A DNA stretch of 60,036 nt, from assembly GCA_018897435.1 (NCBI GenBank), contig JAHIKI010000049.1, positions 1 to 60,036 on the forward strand, read 5' to 3'. The notes under the pieces are model-generated. The model was not told the origin of the DNA. It did not search any database and was given only the letters and a program-made list of their open reading frames with translations. Position numbers and translations under genes: made by a program. This document shows, piece by piece, positions 1 through 8,005 of the stretch (its first letter is position 1; each line of letters starts with the position of its first letter). The stretch is from Acidobacteriota bacterium (GTDB lineage Bacteria > Acidobacteriota > Aminicenantia > UBA2199).

Positions 1-151
1 CCAGCTCAAATGACCATTTTAAATCCCATTTTGCATGAGGTGGTCAAACAAAATTACATTTACTACGGCTTAAATAACCTAAAATTATGATGCTTTCATC
101 TATTATCCGTGTACTCTCAAAGTTGATGGGGAATTCTGGGTGCCCCTACAA

Positions 152-180
152 TTGACAGTGGTTTTCCTATCGGCTATAAT
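152..180 (+). promoter_or_regulatory. sigma70-type promoter TTGACA-17-TATAAT placed for a leaderless transcript
   Basis: TTGACA at 152-157, 17-nt spacer, TATAAT at 175-180. The ATG of the following gene is at 188, 7 nt after the -10. Confidence 0.65.
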
Positions 181-187
181 TACAAAT

Positions 188-403
188 ATGGAACATGATC
201 GGGTAACCCTGAAGATCCCGCGGCCACTCTATGAAAAATTGCAGACCGTGATCAAAGGCAGTGGTTTTCGCAGTGTAAATGAATTCGTGGTTTACGTCCT
301 GCGCGATCTTATTGCCCTGCAGCAAGGGGATCCTGACAAGGATTTGTCTAAAAGCGAGATCGATGCCATCAAACAGCGCCTGAAAAATCTCGGATATTTT
401 TAA
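188..403 (+). CDS. ribbon-helix-helix (CopG/Arc-like) DNA-binding protein
   Basis: 71 aa starting MEHDRVTLKIPRPLYEKL, a beta-strand followed by two helices as in RHH proteins. The 140-187 part of the tracked ORF is occupied by the promoter. Confidence 0.6.
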   Translation: MEHDRVTLKIPRPLYEKLQTVIKGSGFRSVNEFVVYVLRDLIALQQGDPDKDLSKSEIDAIKQRLKNLGYF

Positions 404-460
404 AACCAAAAAAAAAATAAACATATTGCTTTTTGGTTACAGTAGTAGTACAATTGGAGT

Positions 461-1372
461 ATGAGGCGTATGAAAGTTCCCATGTCTGCGAGGCGGGTGA
501 AAGACATTATGGCCAGCAAGATCATGCTGGTGCTCACCTTGGCGGCGGTGGCGCTAATTTTTTTTATGGTCGCCGGACTCTATTTCAAATCCAGGCCCAT
601 TCTGGCCAGCCAACCCCTGAGCGAATTGTTTTTTTCCAGCCGTTGGCGTCCTTTTCGCGGTGAATTCGGGTTCCTGTCGTTCATCATGGGTACGGTTTGG
701 GTCACCGGGGTGGCGGTGCTGATCGCGGTCCCCCTGTGCCTGCTGACATCCATTTATCTCTCTGAATACGCCAATTCCAAGGTCAGGGAATGGGTCAAGC
801 CCCTAATCGACATCCTGGCCGGCATCCCTTCCGTGGTATTCGGGGTCTGGGGCATGCTGGTCGTTGTTCCTTTCATCAAGGATGTGGTCGCCCCATTTGC
901 CGGGGTTTTTTCCACCGGCTACAGCATCCTGGCCGGCGGCATCGTCCTGGCCATAATGATTTTTCCGGTCATCATCCACGTTTCGCTGGAAATTTTCCGC
1001 GCCGTACCGCAGGAGGTCCGCGAAGCCTCGCTGGCCGTGGGCGCCACTCGCTGGCAAACCATCAAACACGTGGTCATGCGCAAAGCTCTGCCCGGCGTGG
1101 CTGCAGCCGTCGTCCTCGGCATTTCCAGGGCTTTCGGCGAAACCATGGCCGTTTTGATGGTCGTCGGCAACGTGGCGAAAATTCCCCATTCCGTCCTGGA
1201 CCCTGCTTACCCTCTGCCGGCGCTGATCGCCAACAATTACGGCGAGATGATGTCCATCCCGCTATACGATTCGGCCCTGATGCTGGCGGCGCTGATCCTG
1301 CTGCTGGTGGTCCTGCTTTTCAATGCCCTGTCCAAGATGATATTGATCCGGGTGCAAAGGAGCATTCGCTGA
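461..1372 (+). CDS. pstC: phosphate ABC transporter permease PstC
   Basis: 303-aa polytopic membrane protein with EAA-loop EASLAVGATRWQT. It ends 1 nt before pstA. Confidence 0.9.
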   Translation: MRRMKVPMSARRVKDIMASKIMLVLTLAAVALIFFMVAGLYFKSRPILASQPLSELFFSSRWRPFRGEFGFLSFIMGTVWVTGVAVLIAVPLCLLTSIYLSEYANSKVREWVKPLIDILAGIPSVVFGVWGMLVVVPFIKDVVAPFAGVFSTGYSILAGGIVLAIMIFPVIIHVSLEIFRAVPQEVREASLAVGATRWQTIKHVVMRKALPGVAAAVVLGISRAFGETMAVLMVVGNVAKIPHSVLDPAYPLPALIANNYGEMMSIPLYDSALMLAALILLLVVLLFNALSKMILIRVQRSIR

Positions 1373-1373
1373 C

Positions 1374-2225
1374 ATGGAACGCCGGAACATCGAAGAAAAA
1401 ATCTTCAAAGGCCTGATGCTCCTGTCCACGATGGTGATCCTCTCCAGCCTGGTGTTGATCCTGCTCACCGTTCTGGTCAAGGGGCTCCCATATCTTAGCC
1501 TGGCCATGGTCACGCAGGTTCCGCAGGGGGGGTATTACCTGGGCAAGGGCGGCGGCATCCTGAACGCCATTGTCGGTTCTCTGTATCTGGCCGGTGGTGC
1601 CACCTTCCTGGCCATCCTGCTCAGCCTGCCCGTGGCGCTGTACCTGAACGTCTATTCCAAGTCTGATTCAAAATTCGTTTCCGCCTGCCGCTTCACCTTT
1701 GACGTGCTGTGCGGCGTGCCTTCCATCGTCTATGGGGCTTTCGGATTCACCATCATGATCTTTTTCGGCATGCGGGCGTCGCTGTTGGGCGGGATCATCG
1801 CCATCGCCCTGCTGATCATGCCCATGATGATCCGTTCCATGGATGAAGTGATCCGCCTGGTGCCGCGCGAACTCATGGATGCCTCTTACGCCCTGGGCGC
1901 CAATCGTTGGGAAACCGCCTTGAAGGTGGTTGTGCGCCAGTCGCTGCCCGGCATCCTGACCTCGATCTTGATCGCTTTCGGGCGCGGCATCGGCGACGCG
2001 GCGGCCGTGATCTTCACCGCCGGATTCACCGACGCCATACCCACATCCCTGCTGCGCCCGGTGGCCACCTTGCCCCTGGCCATTTTTTTCCAGCTCGGCG
2101 TGCCGATCCCTGAAGTCCAGGGGCGGGCCTACGCCTCGGCGCTGATTCTGACCATCATGATTTTGATCATCAGTCTGGCCGCCCGGCTGCTCTCCAAAAA
2201 ACTGACCCGCCATGTCGTGAAATAG
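1374..2225 (+). CDS. pstA: phosphate ABC transporter permease PstA
   Basis: 283-aa membrane protein with EAA-loop DASYALGANRWET, lying between pstC and pstB. Confidence 0.9.
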   Translation: MERRNIEEKIFKGLMLLSTMVILSSLVLILLTVLVKGLPYLSLAMVTQVPQGGYYLGKGGGILNAIVGSLYLAGGATFLAILLSLPVALYLNVYSKSDSKFVSACRFTFDVLCGVPSIVYGAFGFTIMIFFGMRASLLGGIIAIALLIMPMMIRSMDEVIRLVPRELMDASYALGANRWETALKVVVRQSLPGILTSILIAFGRGIGDAAAVIFTAGFTDAIPTSLLRPVATLPLAIFFQLGVPIPEVQGRAYASALILTIMILIISLAARLLSKKLTRHVVK

Positions 2226-2233
2226 GAGCAAAC

Positions 2234-2995
2234 ATGGATTACCAAACCCATATCAGCGTGCAAAACCTGAATGTGCACTATGGCAACCAGCAGGTCCTGA
2301 AAAACATCACCCTGAATATCCCGGACCGCAAGATCACCGCCATCATCGGGCCTTCCGGCTGCGGCAAAACCACCCTGCTCAAATCGTTCAACCGTCTTAT
2401 CGATTCGGTCGAGGGGGTGAAGATCTCCGGCCGGGTCCTGGTCGATGACGAGAACATTTTGGACCCCAAAACCGAAGTGACGCACATCAGAAAAAAAATG
2501 GGTTTGCTGCTACAAAAGCCCTATCCGCTGCCCATGTCGATCTACGACAATGTTGCGTATGGACCCCGCATCCACGGTATCAAGAACAAAAAGCGGCTGG
2601 ATGAGATAGTGGAACGCTTTTTAAAGAAAGCCAGCCTTTGGGATGAAGTTAAGGAAAGGATCAACCAGCCGGCCTCCATGCTTTCCGTGGGGCAGCAGCA
2701 GCGTCTATGCCTGGCCCGCGGCCTGGCCGTGGAGCCGGAGATCATCCTCGGCGATGAGCCGACATCGGCCCTGGATCCCCAGTCCAGCCAGAGAATCGAA
2801 CAGACGTTCGTTGAATTGAAACAGGATTATACTATCGTCATTGTCACCCACATCCTGCGCCAGGCCAGGCGCATGGCCGACTACGTGGTCTTTCTCTACC
2901 TGGGCGAATTGATCGAACATGGTCCGGCCTGGGATATCTTCAATCATCCCAAGCAAGCCTTGACCCGTGAATACATCAAGGGGCTGATCAGCTGA
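2234..2995 (+). CDS. pstB: phosphate ABC transporter ATP-binding protein PstB
   Basis: Walker A GPSGCGKTT, signature SVGQQQRL, Walker B ILGDEPTSALD. The 253-aa size is typical of PstB. Confidence 0.95.
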   Translation: MDYQTHISVQNLNVHYGNQQVLKNITLNIPDRKITAIIGPSGCGKTTLLKSFNRLIDSVEGVKISGRVLVDDENILDPKTEVTHIRKKMGLLLQKPYPLPMSIYDNVAYGPRIHGIKNKKRLDEIVERFLKKASLWDEVKERINQPASMLSVGQQQRLCLARGLAVEPEIILGDEPTSALDPQSSQRIEQTFVELKQDYTIVIVTHILRQARRMADYVVFLYLGELIEHGPAWDIFNHPKQALTREYIKGLIS

Positions 2996-3118
2996 CCTTA
3001 GTGATGAGTGATTAGTGATAAGTGATTAGAAAAAACAATAGATCGAGCTTTTTAAAGAAATGTTTCCTCTTGCTCATTACTCATCACTTAGTGTTGGGAA
3101 GTCGTTCACTCATCACGG
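2996..3118. repeat. heptad-periodic hairpin element E1 (GTGATGA type)
   Basis: Left arm is AGTGATG AGTGATT AGTGATA AGTGATT AG (2997-3030). Right arm is CTCATTACTCATCACTTAG (3075-3093). A second right-arm copy, GTCGTTCACTCATCAC, lies at 3101-3116. Confidence 0.8.
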
Positions 3119-3173
3119 TTTGGTCGTGGACTCAGCACCAAAAACATGATAGAATTGGCCACGACCGATCAAT

Positions 3174-3246
3174 GCGCCTGTAGCTCAACGGATAGAGCGT
3201 TGGCCTCCGGAGCCAAAGGCTATGGGTTCGAATCCCGTCAGGCGCG
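3174..3246 (+). tRNA. tRNA-Arg (anticodon CCG)
   Basis: Acceptor stem GCGCCTG/CAGGCGC, D-loop AGCTCAACGGATAGAGC, anticodon loop CTCCGGA, T-arm GGGTTCGAATCCC. No CCA is encoded. Confidence 0.9.
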
Positions 3247-3265
3247 TTTTTCCGGAGGAGGGGCC

Positions 3266-3910
3266 ATGAGCTTTTTAAACCAAAAGATCAAGAACGACCT
3301 TGCTGAATCGTTCAAGAACCTGAAACAGAACGTGACATTAAAGTTTTTCACACAGGACATGGAGTGCCGTTTCTGCAAGGAGACCAGGGAACTGCTCGAG
3401 GAACTGCAGGGTGTTTCTGACAAGGTCAAAGTTGAAATTTATGATTTTGTCAAAGATGCCGCTCTGGCCAAGGAACTCGGCGTCAACCGCATCCCGGCCA
3501 TCGCTGTCACAGGTGAAAAGGACTACGGCATCCGTTTTTATGGCATCCCCTCCGGGTACGAATTCACCTCACTTGTCGAAGCCATTCGCCTGGTCGCCAA
3601 CGCCGAAGTGAAACTGTCGCCGGAAAGCAAGACCTTCCTGGACGGCTTGACGTCCGACGTTCACCTGCAGGTCTTTGTTACCCCCACCTGTCCCTACTGT
3701 CCGCCGGCCGTGATCCTGGCGCAGCAGATGGCCTTTTACAGCCCCAGGGTCAAATCCGACATGATCGAAGCGACCGAATTTCCGCAATTGGCGCAAAAAT
3801 ACAATGTCTACGGAGTGCCGCGCACCATGATCAATGAAAGTGAATTCATCGAAGGCGCGGTTCCGGAAAAGCAGCTCATCGAAAAAATCGGCTCTGTTCT
3901 GAAAAAATAG
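3266..3910 (+). CDS. protein disulfide oxidoreductase, glutaredoxin-like with two thioredoxin folds
   Basis: About 214 aa with CRFC in the N-terminal half and CPYC in the C-terminal half, as in Pyrococcus-type PDO. GGAGG lies 8 nt upstream of the ATG. The upstream part of the tracked ORF is the tRNA. Confidence 0.8.
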   Translation: MSFLNQKIKNDLAESFKNLKQNVTLKFFTQDMECRFCKETRELLEELQGVSDKVKVEIYDFVKDAALAKELGVNRIPAIAVTGEKDYGIRFYGIPSGYEFTSLVEAIRLVANAEVKLSPESKTFLDGLTSDVHLQVFVTPTCPYCPPAVILAQQMAFYSPRVKSDMIEATEFPQLAQKYNVYGVPRTMINESEFIEGAVPEKQLIEKIGSVLKK

Positions 3911-3924
3911 ACAACTCGCTGCGG

Positions 3925-5352
3925 CTATTTCTCCACCACGATGGGCGCGGATAGCGGTTCGATCGTGCCCTCTCCCGAACAGAATTTCCCGCCGCTGATG
4001 CTGACAGCCTCTTTTTTAAAGGTGTCGATCTGCCAGAAATAATTCTCCCAAAGGGCGAAACGGACCTGATAAAGGTAGGATTCCCTTCTGCAGACCCACC
4101 AGAAGGGCAAATGGAAGATCGGTTTGTCGAAGGCCGACAGGGTGAATTTCTTGCTTCCCGGCTCGAAACGCAGTTGGGTTGCGGTTAACTTGAGTGTGAA
4201 ACGGGATGGCGGGATCAAAAGGGAACCGCCTTCGACGTTGACCTTGATGCCCAGTTCACGGCCCTTGCCCCCTTTCTTGCAAAAATCGACGCCCTTGATC
4301 TCCCATACCACCCTTTCATAGGTGTCTATTTCCCAGAAAAAATCACTCCAGGAGACATGCTTGATCTGATAGACGTTGGGCTTCATCTTGCACAGTTTCC
4401 AGTCCTTGCCGTCGGAAAGGATCACGTCATGAGTAACGATCTTGAATCCATAGGTCGCCGGTTCGAAGTGCAGAACGGTCTCCGCCAGGGCCATGACGAA
4501 TGCCGTCGGCTCCGGCACTGTGATCATGATGAAGCCGCTGTGAATATTGTTCTCCTTGCTCAGCTCAACGATGCGGCCATCCGCATCGGCCAATACGGCC
4601 AGGTATTGCTTTCCCGGCACCGTATTTTCGGGAATCTTCAAGTCGCCTTTGAATTGGACCGTGATCTGCTGCCCGGCTTCCAGCATGGGAATCGTCTCCC
4701 GGCCGTTTTCCAGGGGCACATCGTTGCCGGCCGTCGCGGCTACCTCGGCGCCTCGCAACTGGATCTGGTTGTCGCGGGAAATGACGACATCCAGTTGGAT
4801 ATCCCTGGCTGCGATGCTGCCCCTGTTTTCCAATTGCACGGTCACTTCCTGGCGCAGGGACTGTCCGGGTTCAGCGTTGACCGGGTAATTCAGCTGCACG
4901 GCCAGATCGGCCATATCCCAGAACACCACCGGGATGCTTTGCATGACCGTCCCTGCCTTGCCGTCGCAGAGTGCCAGTTGAAAACCCGGCATGGCGGATC
5001 GGTTGCTAATGCCGGAGGCCAGCTGGGAGTAGTCTGCGGCCGCGAAGTTTACGGTCAGGTATCTGTCGCGAACGGTTTTATGGTCCCATTTGCACTTACC
5101 CCTGCGTATGCTGCCGAATTTGGCCAGGATCCGGTCTTGGCGGTCGAGCAGCGCAATTTCGGCGGCCGGGACCGCCGCGGCCAATTCGGAGCTTAGGGTC
5201 TGGAGCTGCCCCAGGTTGACCCACAATGTGTTTTTCCCGGGGCCCGCATCGTCGGGGATCTCCATTGCCAGAACTCTGGCGATCTCTTCTCCGGCCAGCA
5301 GTCCGGAAAGTATGACCAGTAAAACCATGCTCATATAGATCGTTTTTTTCAT
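3925..5352 (-). CDS. secreted protein with a CARDB-like domain and a duplicated C-terminal module
   Basis: Signal peptide MKKTIYMSMVLLVILSGLLAG. The central segment (VTVQLENRGSIAARDIQLDVV...LEAGQQITV) resembles CARDB. Two C-terminal repeats share the motif FW(E/Q)IDT(Y/F). Confidence 0.65.
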   Translation of the reverse strand: MKKTIYMSMVLLVILSGLLAGEEIARVLAMEIPDDAGPGKNTLWVNLGQLQTLSSELAAAVPAAEIALLDRQDRILAKFGSIRRGKCKWDHKTVRDRYLTVNFAAADYSQLASGISNRSAMPGFQLALCDGKAGTVMQSIPVVFWDMADLAVQLNYPVNAEPGQSLRQEVTVQLENRGSIAARDIQLDVVISRDNQIQLRGAEVAATAGNDVPLENGRETIPMLEAGQQITVQFKGDLKIPENTVPGKQYLAVLADADGRIVELSKENNIHSGFIMITVPEPTAFVMALAETVLHFEPATYGFKIVTHDVILSDGKDWKLCKMKPNVYQIKHVSWSDFFWEIDTYERVVWEIKGVDFCKKGGKGRELGIKVNVEGGSLLIPPSRFTLKLTATQLRFEPGSKKFTLSAFDKPIFHLPFWWVCRRESYLYQVRFALWENYFWQIDTFKKEAVSISGGKFCSGEGTIEPLSAPIVVEK

Positions 5353-5472
5353 TTTTCCCCCCCGTTTTTACTTTTGGCCCGATTATAGAACACCGCGAAT
5401 TAATTTTAAAGTCCAGGGCAAATGATAGGGTTTAATTGATTTTTGGAGCAAGGGAGTGTAAAATAACAAAAA

Positions 5473-6561
5473 ATGGCTGAAAAAGTAGCGATCATACACG
5501 ACTGGCTGAACGGCATGCGCGGTGGTGAAAAGGTTCTGGAAGAAATATTGGCCTTGTACCCCGAAGCCGATATTTTTACCCTGTTTTATGACCCTGCTGA
5601 AGTATCGCCTCTGATCCGCTCCAAAAAAGTGCACACTTCACGATTGAACCGCAACCTGTGGATCAGAAAATACTACCAGTATTTTTTGCCTTTGTTTCCG
5701 CGCCATATCGAGGCTTTTGATCTGAATGCGTATTCCCTGGTGATCAGCAGTTCGCACTGCGTGGCCAAGGGGGCCATTCCCGCCCCCGATGCCCTGCATG
5801 TCAGCTACGTGCATTCACCCATGCGCTACGCTTGGGATCGCTACCATTCCTATTTTTCACAAGCCGGTTTTTGGCGCCGCAAGATCATCCAGAGGGAAAT
5901 TTCCCGTTTGCGAACCTGGGATGTCAGCAGTTCGGCTCGGGTGGATCACTTCATGGCCAATTCCTCTTATGTCCGCCGGCGCATTGAAAAATACTACCGG
6001 CGCCAAGCGACTGTCATTCACCCACCTGTGGATACTGATTTTTTTCAGCCGGCCGCCCGGCCCAGCCGCGATTATTTCCTGCTGGTTTCGGCCCTGGTGC
6101 CTTATAAAAACGTCGAACTGGTTGTGGAAACCTTCCGGGGATCCGCTGAAAGGCTCGTGGTTGTGGGGCAGGGGATCGAACTGAAAAAACTGCTCAAGCG
6201 GGCCGGTCCGGGAATCGAATTTTTAGCGGCCGTCAGTGCTGAAAAACTCCGCGAATTGTATCAGAACGCCAGGGCGCTGGTTTTCGCGGGCATAGAAGAT
6301 TTCGGTATCGCTTTCGCCGAAAGCCAGGCCTGCGCCACTCCGGTGATCGCCTTGGACCGGGGCGGAGTGCGTGACATCGTTGTCGACCGGGTCAGCGGAG
6401 TTCTTTATTCCGAAGCGACCGTGGCCGGCTTGAAAAAAGCCGTTGCCGATTTTTCGAGCCTGGATCTTTCCGGCACTGCGATCAGGGAAAACAGCCTGCG
6501 TTTCTCAGTAGCACGATTCCGGACGGAATTTCAACAATTCATCAACTCCAGGAACCCATGA
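5473..6561 (+). CDS. glycosyltransferase, GT4 (GT-B) family
   Basis: 362 aa. The C-terminal half carries the GT1/GT4 motif region EDFGIAFAESQACATPVIALDRGGVRD. Confidence 0.85.
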   Translation: MAEKVAIIHDWLNGMRGGEKVLEEILALYPEADIFTLFYDPAEVSPLIRSKKVHTSRLNRNLWIRKYYQYFLPLFPRHIEAFDLNAYSLVISSSHCVAKGAIPAPDALHVSYVHSPMRYAWDRYHSYFSQAGFWRRKIIQREISRLRTWDVSSSARVDHFMANSSYVRRRIEKYYRRQATVIHPPVDTDFFQPAARPSRDYFLLVSALVPYKNVELVVETFRGSAERLVVVGQGIELKKLLKRAGPGIEFLAAVSAEKLRELYQNARALVFAGIEDFGIAFAESQACATPVIALDRGGVRDIVVDRVSGVLYSEATVAGLKKAVADFSSLDLSGTAIRENSLRFSVARFRTEFQQFINSRNP

Positions 6562-7952
6562 TCAGAAAACAGAGAGAATATTTGGCACGGCTGTTCGTCA
6601 CCAGCGACGTCCTGGCCATCATGGGCAGCTTTCTCGTTTCGTTCTGGCTGCGCTTTGCTTCCGGGCTGCTGGGCGTGCCCAAGGGCATCCCGCTTTTCTC
6701 CAGCTACCTGATCATCGTCCCTTTCCTATTGACCATTCATTTGATTTACTTTTCCTACCAGGGTTTCTACCGCTTCAAGCTGCGCCGCAACCGCCTGGAC
6801 GACTTGTTTTTGGTCATCCTCAACAGCGCCGCTTCGGCTTTCACCGTTTTGCTGCTATTCAGTTATTTGAAAAGTTACGGTTTTATCCGCTTCGAGATCT
6901 CTCATGTTTTTTTACTTGTCTACGCTCCGGTTTCGATCCTGTCGATTTTCATTTGCCGGGCCCTGATGTTCAAAGTGTTCCACCGTTTGGCGTTGTCCCG
7001 CAACGGGGTTTCCAAGGTGCTGATAGCCGGTTGTGGAGACCTGGCCGAGATGACTGCGGCCAATCTCGCCAAGTATGGCCATTTCGGGCTGGAGGTCAGT
7101 GGTTTTTTAGCAGCGGAGACCGGGGCCCGCGTCCTGGGAAATTATGCCGAGTTGGAGCGAGTGGTGAAAAAACACGGCATTACCGATCTTTTCGTGGCCC
7201 TGCCGCTGAGTGAATACGGCACCATCATGAAGCTGATCGAAAACGCCAACAACCTGCTGCTCGATATACGCTTGGTGCCGGACATCCTGCAGCTTGTTTC
7301 GTTGAAATCCGGATTGGAGCACATCGAGGGCTTGCCGATCATCAACCTGGGCGACATCCCCCTTGAGGGCTGGCCGGCCCTGAGCAAGCGCTTGTTCGAC
7401 CTGTTGGTCGCGCTGAGCGGACTGGTTTTTTTTCTGCCCGTATTCGCCCTGACCGCCCTGCTGCTGAAGCTGGATTCGTCGGGCCCGGTGTTTTACCGGC
7501 AGACCCGCCTCGGTCTGGACGGACGCATCTTCAAAATGATCAAATTCCGTACCATGGTTTGCAACGCCGAGAAGGAAACCGGCCCGATCTGGTCGCCGCA
7601 GAACGATACGCGCGTGACCAGGGTGGGGAGGTACTTGCGCAAACTCTCCATAGACGAACTGCCGCAACTGATCAACGTCCTGGCCGGGGACATGAGCCTG
7701 GTTGGGCCGCGCCCCGAGCGTCCCGAACTGGTCCAGAAATTCAAGCAAAGCATACCGCGCTACATGCTCCGCCACCGGGTGAAGGCAGGCATGACCGGCT
7801 GGGCCCAGGTTCACGGTTGGCGCGGCAACACTCCCCTGGATAAGCGTATTGAATTTGACATTTATTATATCCAGAACTGGACCTTCCGTCTTGATCTGGA
7901 AATCATTTTTCGCACCATTCTGAAATTCCGTTTCATCGACAGGTGCATTTGA
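6558..7952 (+). CDS. undecaprenyl-phosphate sugar phosphotransferase (WcaJ/WbaP-like initiating transferase)
   Basis: N-terminal TM helices and a C-terminal bacterial sugar transferase domain (KFRTM, LVGPRPERPE, GMTGWAQVHG). Its start overlaps the upstream stop as ATGA. Confidence 0.9.
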   Translation: MIRKQREYLARLFVTSDVLAIMGSFLVSFWLRFASGLLGVPKGIPLFSSYLIIVPFLLTIHLIYFSYQGFYRFKLRRNRLDDLFLVILNSAASAFTVLLLFSYLKSYGFIRFEISHVFLLVYAPVSILSIFICRALMFKVFHRLALSRNGVSKVLIAGCGDLAEMTAANLAKYGHFGLEVSGFLAAETGARVLGNYAELERVVKKHGITDLFVALPLSEYGTIMKLIENANNLLLDIRLVPDILQLVSLKSGLEHIEGLPIINLGDIPLEGWPALSKRLFDLLVALSGLVFFLPVFALTALLLKLDSSGPVFYRQTRLGLDGRIFKMIKFRTMVCNAEKETGPIWSPQNDTRVTRVGRYLRKLSIDELPQLINVLAGDMSLVGPRPERPELVQKFKQSIPRYMLRHRVKAGMTGWAQVHGWRGNTPLDKRIEFDIYYIQNWTFRLDLEIIFRTILKFRFIDRCI

Positions 7953-8005
7953 CATGAAGAGCGGTCAAAAAAAAATCGGTTGGCCCGCCATTGCGCTTTG
8001 AACCC

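Noticed and set aside
140-187. Upstream extension of the RHH ORF (GTG at 140)
   Set aside because: The segment holds a perfect TTGACA-17-TATAAT promoter, and the ATG at 188 fits a leaderless start.
404-440. Rho-independent terminator after the RHH gene (AACCAAAAA...TTTTTGGTT)
   Set aside because: The stem is almost entirely A:T with a 15-nt loop, which is too weak to call with confidence.
3146-3265. N-terminal 40 codons of the tracked ORF 3146-3910
   Set aside because: This stretch is the tRNA-Arg gene read as protein. The real start is the ATG at 3266, which has a GGAGG site.
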